From Chloroflexota bacterium (GTDB lineage Bacteria; Chloroflexota; UBA11872; VXOZ01): 64,000 nucleotides of DNA. Below, piece after piece: positions 52,213 through 61,455 of this stretch. Position 1 is the stretch's first letter. The number at the start of each line of letters is the position of its first letter. The notes under the pieces were generated by a model. That model did no database searches. It saw nothing but the letters and a program-made list of their open reading frames with translations, and was not told the origin of the DNA. The position numbers were made by a program, and so were the translations under genes. The stretch lies in NCBI GenBank assembly GCA_963663275.1, contig OY760183.1, positions 3,456,001-3,520,000 of the forward strand. Reading direction: 5' to 3'.

Positions 52213-52361
52213 GGGGTTCTCCTGTGAGTGGTCGCGGGTTAAGTATGCCGCCTCGCGCCGCCGCGCGCCATCGGCGGGAGGGGTCCTCACCGCTCATGGC
52301 GACCCGTCGACTATCCCCCGCGCCCTTCGTCTCGACACACAGTGCAACCCCGGGACCGGGC

Positions 52362-53411
52362 TTAGTCGCCCATGGCCCCGCCGATGTCCCTGCGCTTGAA
52401 TATCCAGGAAGTCGCTGCAACGAAGAAGACGGTATATGCGAGGACGGTCACGAAGGCCTCGCTCGTTTCCGAAGAACCTTCGCCGACCGGCGTGGCTGTC
52501 CAGGCGCGGAAGCCCTGAATCAGAAGCCGGTCCGCGGCATTGGCAAGCGTGTCGCTGAGGTTGAGAAGCGGCGCGGCGATGGATTCGACGATGAAATACC
52601 CGACTGAGAGCGCTATCCCCAGACCGCGAGAAGACGTAAGCACGGTGGCGAAGGCGCTGAGCGCTATGAATGGCAGGAATCCATAGATGCTCTTGAACGA
52701 GATGATGGCCACGTCGGACCACTTACCGGCATCGACGAGCCCTCCCGTCTCGTCCGGGGAGAGCAGACCGGCTGCCAGGCTGGACGCAACGGATACCGCT
52801 GCGATGACGGTGAGTACGCCGGCGCATAGGCACAGGAGCAGAAGGAGTTTCGCGGAGAGGAATCTCCACCGTCCGATGCCTCCGGCGAGGACCGTCCGCA
52901 GGGTGCCCCACCCGTATTCAGATCCCACGAGGGAAGCCGTGAGGATCATGATGAGCAGGAGGCCTATCGCAACGGGGCCCAGTGAAGAAAACCCGGAGAT
53001 GCTTGCGGTCATGCTGTTCGGCAGTGTGAAACCCCTGCGAAGCTCCTCGGCGGATTGGAAGTTGTCGCATGTCCCGTCGGCAAGCCATTCGTCCACATTC
53101 TTCCAGTACTCCTGCAGCCGCTCTTCAGGGATCTGATCAAGGCCTGTTGGGACTCGGCCCCTCACCGCATCCGCGCAGGTCATCGTCACCGAGACCTCCC
53201 GGCCTTCCTCTTCCCATGAGACGCTGTAAGAAGCGAAGGCGCCGGTGACGACCTGTTGCACCGTGTCGTTGTGGTAGGCCAGATAGTTGGTCCAGATGCC
53301 CATTTGCGAGATCAGCACGGCTACCGCGAGCAGGACCCACGGCATCCGGAGCCGCCGGAGCTTGAACCACTCCCATCTTGTGAGACGGAGGACTTCCTGT
53401 ATCGGCATCAT
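52362..53411 (-). CDS. ABC-2 type exporter permease
   Basis: SEYGWGTLRTVL, FLSAK, FKRRDI; multiple TM segments. Confidence 0.85.
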   Translation of the reverse strand: MMPIQEVLRLTRWEWFKLRRLRMPWVLLAVAVLISQMGIWTNYLAYHNDTVQQVVTGAFASYSVSWEEEGREVSVTMTCADAVRGRVPTGLDQIPEERLQEYWKNVDEWLADGTCDNFQSAEELRRGFTLPNSMTASISGFSSLGPVAIGLLLIMILTASLVGSEYGWGTLRTVLAGGIGRWRFLSAKLLLLLCLCAGVLTVIAAVSVASSLAAGLLSPDETGGLVDAGKWSDVAIISFKSIYGFLPFIALSAFATVLTSSRGLGIALSVGYFIVESIAAPLLNLSDTLANAADRLLIQGFRAWTATPVGEGSSETSEAFVTVLAYTVFFVAATSWIFKRRDIGGAMGD

Positions 53412-54535
53412 GCGTTCTCCGGTCTTTCTTCCCGGGCGTTGGTGACTTCGAGGAAGTATCGTTCCAGGGCGCCGCGACCCGGGTTTGCCTCGATCACGTA
53501 GACGCCCGAGCGTCCGAGGGCCGTGGAGACCAGCGCTGACCTGTCGCTTGGAGCGGATACGACGATTACGCCGTTCTCCGTCTGCACGTCTTCGATCCAG
53601 TCCAGCTCGGAGAGGATTGCCACGGCCTTCTCGTCGTCGGTGGTACTGAGCCGGATCTGATTTCCAGATTGGAGGATCTCTGAAACGCCCCCTTGGGCGA
53701 TGAGCGTTCCCTTGGACATGATGGCCACGCTGTCGCACACCTGCTCGACCTCATTGAGCAGGTGACTCGCCATGAGCACCGTTCTCCCGTCTGCACAGAG
53801 TTCGCGGATCAGGTGGCGGACTTCGGCCATGCCCGCAGGGTCCATGCCATTCGTGGGTTCATCGAGGAAGAGCACCTCAGGGCCGCCGAGAAGGGCAAAG
53901 GCAAGGCCCAGGCGCTGCTTCATGCCGAGCGAGTACGTGCTGAAGCGTTTGTCCCCGCTGTCTGCGAGCCCGACCCTGTCGAGCAAGCCGTCGATGTCTT
54001 CCGGTGCGCCCCGTTCGAAGATGCCTTGGAAGTAGAGAAGGTTCTCTCGACCGGTGAGGTAGGGGTAGAAGGATGGATACTCGATGATCGCGCCCACGCG
54101 GCGCAGGGACTCTTCGAGCCCGGCGGTAGAGCCGAAGAGGCTGAAGGTGCCGGAGGTCGGCCGCACCAACCCAAGCAGCATCCCCATCGTGGTTGTCTTC
54201 CCTGATCCATTCGGACCAAGCAGCGCGAAGGCGTGGCCGTGCGGGACGGACATTGAGAGGCCGTCCACAGCCGCGATACTCCCGTAGACCTTGGTAAGCG
54301 CCTCGGTCTCTATGATGGGCCTGTCCTTGCTCATGCCGAACCCTCCTGCGTGTTCCCTGATAGCAGAAGCCGCAAGGTCGAAGAGCAACTGCGTCCATAT
54401 GACCAGCCTTCGCAGACCTCTGCCGTCGCAACGCATCCTGTCGCGGAAGAACTGCAGCATCAGCTCTCCGTACTCTCGCCGGAATTCCCTCGGGTACACC
54501 ACGAGGAGCACCCGGTACACGCCTTCAGAGAACAT
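53408..54535 (-). CDS. ABC exporter ATP-binding protein with N-terminal YPxxFRxxYG extension
   Basis: GPNGSGKTT, YSLGMKQR, LDEPTNGMD. Confidence 0.9.
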   Translation of the reverse strand: MFSEGVYRVLLVVYPREFRREYGELMLQFFRDRMRCDGRGLRRLVIWTQLLFDLAASAIREHAGGFGMSKDRPIIETEALTKVYGSIAAVDGLSMSVPHGHAFALLGPNGSGKTTTMGMLLGLVRPTSGTFSLFGSTAGLEESLRRVGAIIEYPSFYPYLTGRENLLYFQGIFERGAPEDIDGLLDRVGLADSGDKRFSTYSLGMKQRLGLAFALLGGPEVLFLDEPTNGMDPAGMAEVRHLIRELCADGRTVLMASHLLNEVEQVCDSVAIMSKGTLIAQGGVSEILQSGNQIRLSTTDDEKAVAILSELDWIEDVQTENGVIVVSAPSDRSALVSTALGRSGVYVIEANPGRGALERYFLEVTNAREERPENA

Positions 54536-54908
54536 GTCGGATCCCTCGCCTCCGGACGACATTCGCCTGCCTTGTCCTTGCAGTGCGGGCGAGTTGCTCT
54601 AAACGGACCACCTCGGCATCGAGGACGCGGGCGCCCAAGTCGGTCAGGCGGTAGTAACGTCGACGTTCGTCGTCTAATGCGGGGTCTGGCCGTTCGGAGC
54701 TCTCTTCGATCAGCCCGGCCTTCAGCATCTGCTTGACGGCCCCGTACAGCGTGCCCGGACCCATGGTGACCGCGCCGCCGGTGAACGCTTCGATCTCCTT
54801 CATGATGGCGTAGCCGTGATTGTCCCCGGTGGCCAGGGCGAGCAGGATGTGCAACTGAGAGGTCGGCAAGGGGAGCATCTCAGGGGTCAGTCGAGTCGGC
54901 GTTGTCAC
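54525..54908 (-). CDS. PadR family transcriptional regulator
   Basis: HGYAIMKEI, GPGTLY, RRRYYRLT. Confidence 0.92.
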   Translation of the reverse strand: MTTPTRLTPEMLPLPTSQLHILLALATGDNHGYAIMKEIEAFTGGAVTMGPGTLYGAVKQMLKAGLIEESSERPDPALDDERRRYYRLTDLGARVLDAEVVRLEQLARTARTRQANVVRRRGIRHVL

Positions 54909-55060
54909 TGTGGTCCTGCCAGGAGTTCCCGTTCGTTCACTGCAACGAAGTATAACGTCTGCCGCTATACCGTCTATCGATATAGCATACACCGATATAT
55001 ATGTCAATGCCCTCCTCATGGAGGGATAATGCCCCCGACAAGTTGCCGCCAGGAGAAGCC

Positions 55061-55609
55061 ATGCCACGCATCGAGATGATTACCGACAAGGGCCAGATCC
55101 CCGAGGACCGGCACGCCGAGTTCGACGCGATCGTCGAAACGCTTCACGGGGTGCGCGGGCCTTTCGCCGTCCTCATGCACAGCCCCGGCCTCGCCCGGAA
55201 AGTCATGGAGGCCGGCGCGCAGGTCCGGTTGGGCTCGACGCTCAGCCCGGTCGAGCGCGAACTGGCCATCATCGCCGTCGCCAGGGAGAAGGACGCGACC
55301 TACGAGTGGGCCGCGCACGTGAGAGCCGGACGCGCCGCCGGCATGCGGGAAGAGGCCATCGAAGCCGTCAGGCACAGGCAGGACACCGGCGGCCTTGAAG
55401 AGGACGAGCGTGACATCATCGAGTTCGTACGGCAACTCCTGCGGAACAACAAGGTCGAGCAAGACCTCTTCGACGCGCTGGAGGGCCGCAAGGGCGTCCG
55501 ATGGCTCGTCGAACTCGCTGCCACCGTCGGTCAGTACCAGTACATCTCGGCGATCAATACCGCGTTCGGCGTCGTTGCGGCCCCGGACGCGGACCAGCTC
55601 CCCGTCTGA
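55061..55609 (+). CDS. Carboxymuconolactone decarboxylase/AhpD-like protein
   Basis: GPFAVLMHSP, RELAI, YEWAAH. Confidence 0.88.
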   Translation: MPRIEMITDKGQIPEDRHAEFDAIVETLHGVRGPFAVLMHSPGLARKVMEAGAQVRLGSTLSPVERELAIIAVAREKDATYEWAAHVRAGRAAGMREEAIEAVRHRQDTGGLEEDERDIIEFVRQLLRNNKVEQDLFDALEGRKGVRWLVELAATVGQYQYISAINTAFGVVAAPDADQLPV

Positions 55610-55704
55610 GGCGCTCCGGCCCCGCTCAACATGACATGACTCGTCATGCGGCGCCGTGCTGCGTTGCGCTAGAATCCCGCCATCCGTTCGAGGGAGGAAC
55701 GAAC

Positions 55705-56763
55705 ATGAAGGCAGCGGTGATGCAGGGCGTCGACTGGGACCTCGTGATCGAGGACTTCGAGACGCCGGACGTTGACGACGACGACGTGCTGCTCGAAGTG
55801 ACGGCGTGCGGCGTCTGCCACACGGACCTGAAGGTGCAGGACGGATCGATACCCACTTCGCTGCCCGCCGTGCTGGGGCACGAAGTCTCCGGCGTGGTCG
55901 TGGGCACGGGCAAGAACCAGCGGGACCACTTCAAGGACGGCGACAGCGTGACGGTGGGCATGCGCTTCCGCTGCGGGCGCTGCGAATACTGCATGACCGG
56001 GCTGTCGAACCTCTGCCAGCAGATGCCGCTCGGCTCGCCGTACCGCAGGGCGGGCGGGGAGACGGTGACGCGCTGGAACGTCGGCGGCTTCACGCAGCTG
56101 CTGTCGGTGCCGGCGTACATGGTGTTCCACCTGCCGGACGGCGTGGGGCTGGAGGAGTCGTGCATCGTGGGCTGCCGGGTGACGACCGCCTACAACGCGG
56201 TGAAGAACGGCGCGCACCTCGCGCCGGGCGAGTCGGCGATGGTCATCGGGTGCGGCGGCGTGGGGCTGAACATCATCCAGATGCTGCGGCTGTTCGGCGC
56301 GTACCCCATCGTCGCGGTGGACGTGGTCGGCAGCAAGCTGGAGGCGGCGATCTCCTACGGCGCGTCCCACATCGTGAACGCGGCCTCCGACGACCCGGTG
56401 GAGGCGACGAAGGAGATCACGAAGGGCGGCGCGCGCAAGACGTTCGAGGCGATCGGCAACCCGGTGACCGCCGACCAGATCGTGCGGGCGACGCGCCCGA
56501 CGGGCACGGCCACCATCGTCGGCGCGATGCCGCCGGGCCCCATCACCATCAACGACTCGCGCTTCCCGTTCAAGGAGATCAAGGTGACGGGCGTGGCGAT
56601 GCGCCGGACGAGCGACGTGACCGAGGTGCTCGACCTCGTGTCGCAGGGTCGCATCGAGCTCGGCTCGTTCATCACGAAGAGGTACGGGTTCGAGCAGATC
56701 AACGAGGCGATCGAGGACGTGCACCACGGCAACGTGCTGATGGGCATCACGCTGTGGAATTAA
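55705..56763 (+). CDS. Zn-dependent alcohol dehydrogenase (MDR)
   Basis: GVCHTD, LGHE, CGRCEYC...C, GCGGVG. Confidence 0.93.
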   Translation: MKAAVMQGVDWDLVIEDFETPDVDDDDVLLEVTACGVCHTDLKVQDGSIPTSLPAVLGHEVSGVVVGTGKNQRDHFKDGDSVTVGMRFRCGRCEYCMTGLSNLCQQMPLGSPYRRAGGETVTRWNVGGFTQLLSVPAYMVFHLPDGVGLEESCIVGCRVTTAYNAVKNGAHLAPGESAMVIGCGGVGLNIIQMLRLFGAYPIVAVDVVGSKLEAAISYGASHIVNAASDDPVEATKEITKGGARKTFEAIGNPVTADQIVRATRPTGTATIVGAMPPGPITINDSRFPFKEIKVTGVAMRRTSDVTEVLDLVSQGRIELGSFITKRYGFEQINEAIEDVHHGNVLMGITLWN

Positions 56764-56782
56764 GACCAGGGCCAGGGCTGCG

Positions 56783-56808
56783 GGATTCCCGCCTGCGCGG
56801 GAATGACG
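56783..56808 (-). repeat. REP-B palindrome
   Basis: GGATTCCCGCCTGCGCGGGAATGACG. Confidence 0.88.
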
Positions 56809-56838
56809 GGTAAGATTGAACGGCGAAAGGAGGGCGGC

Positions 56839-57636
56839 ATGACACAGGCGTTCGGAGCGTACGGGCTAGGCACGGCGAAAGGCATCGGGGAGCACCTCGC
56901 CTTCCTGGAGCCGACGCCCAAGCGGATCCGCGCGACGTTCGGCGGCGAGACGATCGTCGACAGCAGGCACGCGGTCCTCATGTACGAGACGCGGCACCAG
57001 CCGGTCTACTACTTCCCGATGGCCGACGTGCGGATGGACCTGCTGGAGGAGACCGACAAGAGCACCTTCTGACCGATCAAGGGAGACGCTCAGTACTGGA
57101 GCGTCAAGGTCGGCGACCGGGTGGAGGAGAACGCGGTCTGGGCATACCAGGAGCCGTTGGAAGGCTGCCTGGACGCGCGGGACTACGTGGCGTTCTACTG
57201 GAACAGGATGGACGGCTGGTTCGAGGAGGAGGAAGAGGTCTTCATCGGCCCGAAGGACCCGTACACGCGCGTCGACTGCCTGCGAAGTTCGCGCCACGTG
57301 CGCGTGGAGTTGAACGGCGTCACCGTCGCGGAGACGGACAGCCCCGTGATGCTGCTGGAGACCGGGCTGCCGCACCGCTACTACATCCCCGGCAAGGACG
57401 TGCGGAAGGAGCTGCTGCGCCCGAGCGAGCGCGTGCTGGGCTCCACGTACAAGGGGCTGGCGGGCTACTTCCACGCGGACGTGGGCGGCGAGACGTTCGA
57501 GGACGTGGCGTGGACGTACCGCGACCCGACCGCGGAGTGCGCGAAGATCACGGGGTACGTCTGCTTCCCGCAGGGCAAGGCGGACGTGTACGTGGACGGC
57601 GAACTGGAGCCGAAGCCCAACACGAGGTGGGATTAG
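56839..57636 (+). CDS. Tandem DUF427 protein with in-frame TGA at codon 78; probable selenocysteine
   Basis: ORFs 56803-57072 and 57121-57636 are in the same frame; read-through gives STF-U-PIKGDAQYW at the TxCPxKGxAxY motif. Confidence 0.85.
57073..57113 (+). promoter_or_regulatory. Candidate bacterial SECIS hairpin
   Basis: Lower stem CCGATC/GGTCGG, upper stem GACGCTC/GAGCGTC, loop AGTACTG starting 19 nt after TGA. Confidence 0.7.
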
Positions 57637-57642
57637 CGGGCC

Positions 57643-58494
57643 CTACTCCTCGAACTCGCCGCGCAGTTCGCGGTAGAGGCGGGACATGAGCGGCGGGAGG
57701 CGGTCCTCCTGCCGTCCCCACCCGGAGAACGGGCCGAGGTCGAGCGACGCCAGCGCCTCCTCCTCGGAGTGGCCCTGCGCGAAACTGCGCTTGCCCTGCT
57801 CCGTGATGCGCAGCAGGCACTCGCGCATCTCGGCCATGTCGGCGCGCGTCCCCAGCGGCCCGTGCCCCGGCACCACGACGTCGCACTCGACCTGCGCCGC
57901 ACGGTCGGCGGTGTCCGCCCACGCGAGCGGGAAGCCGTCGCGCGCGTTCGGGATGTACCGGTGGAAGGAGAGGTCGCCCGCGAACAGCACGCCCTCCGTC
58001 GGCAGGTAGACGGCGATGTCGCCGCGCGTGTGCGCTCTGCCGAAGAAGCGCAGCTCGACGGGCCGCTCGCCGAGATGGAGCGTGAGGGTGTCGCTGAACG
58101 TGAGGTTGGGGGGCGTCTGCGGCAGGTCGCGCCACTCCTCGTAGAGCGCGGGGTAGAGGTCGCGCAGGAACGCGCGGTGCGTATCCCACTCGGCGGCGAG
58201 GTCGTCGCGGCAGGTGTCGTGTGCGACGATGGGCGCCTGCGGCATGAGCGCGTTGCCGAAGAGGTGGTCGCCGTGCCAGTGCGTGTTCACGACGTAGCGC
58301 ACGGGTTTGTCGGTCACGCGGCGCGCCTCGGCGAGCAGCCGCTCCGCGAGCGCGGGCGTCATGAGCGTGTCGATGATGACGACGCCCTCCTCCTCGACGA
58401 GGAAGCCCGCGTCCGTCGCGCCGCCCGCCTGGATGAATGCGTACGCGCCGGGGGCGACCTCGATGGCGCCGGTCTGGTAATCGCCCTGCGTCAT
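57643..58494 (-). CDS. MBL-fold metallo-hydrolase (cyclase-like)
   Basis: NTHWHGDH, AHTRGD, FAGDL, VPGHG. Confidence 0.9.
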   Translation of the reverse strand: MTQGDYQTGAIEVAPGAYAFIQAGGATDAGFLVEEEGVVIIDTLMTPALAERLLAEARRVTDKPVRYVVNTHWHGDHLFGNALMPQAPIVAHDTCRDDLAAEWDTHRAFLRDLYPALYEEWRDLPQTPPNLTFSDTLTLHLGERPVELRFFGRAHTRGDIAVYLPTEGVLFAGDLSFHRYIPNARDGFPLAWADTADRAAQVECDVVVPGHGPLGTRADMAEMRECLLRITEQGKRSFAQGHSEEEALASLDLGPFSGWGRQEDRLPPLMSRLYRELRGEFEE

Positions 58495-59432
58495 GCCCGC
58501 AACTCCGGCACGACCTTGGCGCTCAGCAGGTCGACGGTGCGCTGTACGTCGGCGAGGCTTCGCGCCTGCGGGAGGAAGACGAAGTGGCTCACGCCCGCCT
58601 CCGCGTACTCCGCGAGCGTCGCTGCGATCTGCTGCGGCTCGCCGGTGAGCGCGCCGCGCTTCTCCGCACCCGCGAGGTCCGGCTCGCTCCGCAGGTCGAC
58701 GAGCACCCGGAGCGAGAGCGCGACCGCGTTGTCGCCGCGTCCGTGGGCCGCCGCCTCCTCGTTCATGGCGCGGTGCGCCTCCGCGAGCGCCTGGGGCGTC
58801 GTGGCGAACAGCGGCGGGAACCAGGCGTCGCCGTACTTCGCGGCGCGGCGCATCACCGGTTTGCTGTGGCCGCCGACCCAGATGGGCGGGTGGGGCGTCT
58901 GCGCGGGGTGCGGGTAGGACTCGACGCCCTGCACGTCGAAGAAACGCCCCTCGAAGCGCACCTCCGGCTCCGTCCAAGCCGCGCGCACGAGGCGGAGGCT
59001 CTCGTCGAGCACAGCGCCGCGCCGGTCGAAGTCGAGGCCGAGCGCGTCGAACTCCTCGCGGAGCCAGCCCGCCGCGACGCCGAGGATGCTCCGTCCGCCG
59101 GAGAGCACGTCCAGCGTCGCCGTCGTCTTGGCCGCCGCGAGGGGGTGGCGCAGGGGGAGCAGCGTGACCGCCGTGCCGAGCTTCACCCGCGACGTGAACC
59201 CCGCCACCCAGGCGAGCGTCGTGAACTGGTCGAGGAAGGGCAGCCCGGGCGCGATGAGGAACTCGCCGTCGGCGCTGTAGGGATAGGTGGAGGTGTGGCT
59301 GGTCGGGAGCACGACGTGGTCGGCTGCCCAGACGGAGTCGAGGCCGGACGCCTCGGCCTGCCCGGCGACGAGCCGCACGGCTGAGGGGTCGTCCATGCCG
59401 ATGGTGGGGAGCGACACGCCGAACTCAATCAT
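58491..59432 (-). CDS. LLM class F420-dependent oxidoreductase
   Basis: SVWAADHVV, ATLDVLSGGR, GWLREEF, PPIWVGG. Confidence 0.92.
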   Translation of the reverse strand: MIEFGVSLPTIGMDDPSAVRLVAGQAEASGLDSVWAADHVVLPTSHTSTYPYSADGEFLIAPGLPFLDQFTTLAWVAGFTSRVKLGTAVTLLPLRHPLAAAKTTATLDVLSGGRSILGVAAGWLREEFDALGLDFDRRGAVLDESLRLVRAAWTEPEVRFEGRFFDVQGVESYPHPAQTPHPPIWVGGHSKPVMRRAAKYGDAWFPPLFATTPQALAEAHRAMNEEAAAHGRGDNAVALSLRVLVDLRSEPDLAGAEKRGALTGEPQQIAATLAEYAEAGVSHFVFLPQARSLADVQRTVDLLSAKVVPELRA

Positions 59433-59506
59433 GGGGTGCATGGTACAGGACGAGGCGTCGCCCGCGTATACTTGCGCGGCATCCTTGACCGTACGGAGGC
59501 GCACCG

Positions 59507-60238
59507 ATGGCGCTCGACCCGAGAGACTTTCTCGCCGAGATGCAGCAGTTGCAGGAGCGGAAGCACAGCCGCAAGCACCCGCTGTTCGACATGATCGAGG
59601 AGGGCAGGCTCACGCGCCCGCAGCTCAACGGCTTCATCAAGCAGTTCTACCTGCTCTTCCCCAAGCCGTTCCCGAAGCCGATCGCGGCGATGTTCGCCCG
59701 CGCTCCGCAGGACACGGAACTCGAGCGCATGTGGTTCGAGAACCTCTCGGAGGAGGCCGAGGGCGGCGAGACCGGCACCGCGGGCCACAAGGAGCTGTAC
59801 ATCCGCTTCGCCGAGGCCGCCGGCATCCCTCGCGACGAACTCAACGCGACCCAGCCGCTGCCGGAGACGCGGGGCCTGCTCAACTGGCGCGAGTTGCTCA
59901 TCGGCCAGCGCTCGTGGCTGGAGCTGTACGCGTCGCAGGGGTTGGCGCTGGAGGGCACGGCCAGCGGTCGGATGCACCGCGTGGTCAACGGCCTCGTCGA
60001 CCACTACGGCTTCGAGCGCGACAGCGACGACATCCTGTACTGGACGCTGCACATGTCGGTCGACGAGGAGCACATGAAGGTGGGCCCGTACGTCATTGAG
60101 AAGTACGCGGTGAGCGACTTGGAACAGCAGTCGGTGCGGGAGTCGCTGAACGCGACGCTCGACATCTTCTGGCTGGTCTACGACGGCATCGTGCGCGCCT
60201 TCGTGGACGAGGACCCGCTGTACGAGGAGTGGCGGTAG
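59507..60238 (+). CDS. Heme-oxygenase-like diiron enzyme (CADD/PqqC/TenA-like)
   Basis: HPLF, ENLSEE..G...H, YWTLHMSVDEEH. Confidence 0.82.
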   Translation: MALDPRDFLAEMQQLQERKHSRKHPLFDMIEEGRLTRPQLNGFIKQFYLLFPKPFPKPIAAMFARAPQDTELERMWFENLSEEAEGGETGTAGHKELYIRFAEAAGIPRDELNATQPLPETRGLLNWRELLIGQRSWLELYASQGLALEGTASGRMHRVVNGLVDHYGFERDSDDILYWTLHMSVDEEHMKVGPYVIEKYAVSDLEQQSVRESLNATLDIFWLVYDGIVRAFVDEDPLYEEWR

Positions 60239-60249
60239 GGGGTACCCCC

Positions 60250-61432
60250 TTACGTTCGGGTGGGGGCGGCGCCGGGGGCGGTCCAGCGGTGGGTGGGCTG
60301 CTTCTGCCAGACGTCCTCGTCGATGTTGGTGTCGACGATGGGGTGGTCCGGGTCGCGGATGACGCCCAGCGGGTCCTCGCCGTGCGCGACACGCTCCATC
60401 TGCTCGAACATCGTGCGGCGCAGCAGGACGACGCCCCGGTCGGAGTACGAGAGGTGCTCGACGGAGCGGTCGGTGACGGGGCCCTGCGTCTCCCATGCCA
60501 TGTGATCCTGCGAGAGCACGGAGCGGCGGTCGTACCACGCCTCCGGGTGGCTCTTGTCCGCAGGCTCCTTGTACGTCTCGATGTACTCGACGGGTGGGTC
60601 CCACGTCGTCTCGTCCGGCTGGCCGTCCTCGTTCAGCCAGAAGTTGATGTGGACGTGCCAGGTGTGGGTGTCGTCAATCGGCGTGCGGAACTGCGTGCTC
60701 GGCCCCTGGCGGAGGATGGACGGGAAGAGGACGGGGTGCTCGTCCACGACGCCGTTGGTGTAGGTGCGCTTCTTCATCAAGCCGTAGCCGGTGAGGTAGA
60801 ACTCGAACGAGTCCACGTCGTCGGTGAAGCCGCGCGTCGTGTTGACGGGCTCGCGCTGGCCGCGCGCGTAGTACTCCTGGTGGAGTATCTGGAGGTGCGC
60901 CGGGTCCATGGAGTTCTCCATGGCCTGGAACCAGTTGCAGTCCAGCACGGGGTGGGACGTTTATCTTGCGGCGTCCGTCCTCCCGCACGAGCGTGTCGAA
61001 CGGGGTGAAGACGGGCGCGGGCCTCGGGCCCATGTACGCCCAGACGACGCCGAGGTAGACCTTGCAGTCGTAGGCGGGCTGCTTGACGGAGCGCATAATC
61101 GCCTCGTTCTTCTCGGGCGGCGTTTCGAGGATGTTGCCCTCGGTGTCGTAGAGCCAGCCGTGGTAGGCGCAGGCGATGCCGCGCTCCTCGACGCGCCCGT
61201 AGACGAGCGACGCGCTGCGGTGCGCGCAGTGGTCGGCGAGCAGCCCCCAGCGCCCGGACTTGTCGCGGAAGATGACGAGGTCCTCGCCGAGGATGCGGAC
61301 AGCCTTCGTCGGGCGCTCGTCCGTGACCTCGGACGCGATGGCGATGGGGTGCCAGTAGCGCCGGAGCAGTTCGCCCGCGGGCGTGCCGGGGCCGACGCGC
61401 GTGAGTTTCTCGTTGTCCGCTTTCGTCAGCAT
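60250..61432 (-). CDS. Rieske non-heme iron oxygenase alpha subunit; +1 frameshift near 60955 (likely error)
   Basis: VGPGTPAGELLRRYWHP, CAHR...CAYHGW, then CNWFQAMENSMDPAH in shifted frame. Confidence 0.9.
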
Positions 61433-61455
61433 GACGCTCTTCCTCCCGTGCCGGG

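Noticed and set aside
15096-61432. vsr, rel, hisS, 42200-43425 and Rieske 60250-61432 as pseudogenes or programmed frameshifts
   Set aside because: Each break is repaired by removing one base, mostly in a homopolymer; hisS is essential, so long-read indel errors are the simplest explanation
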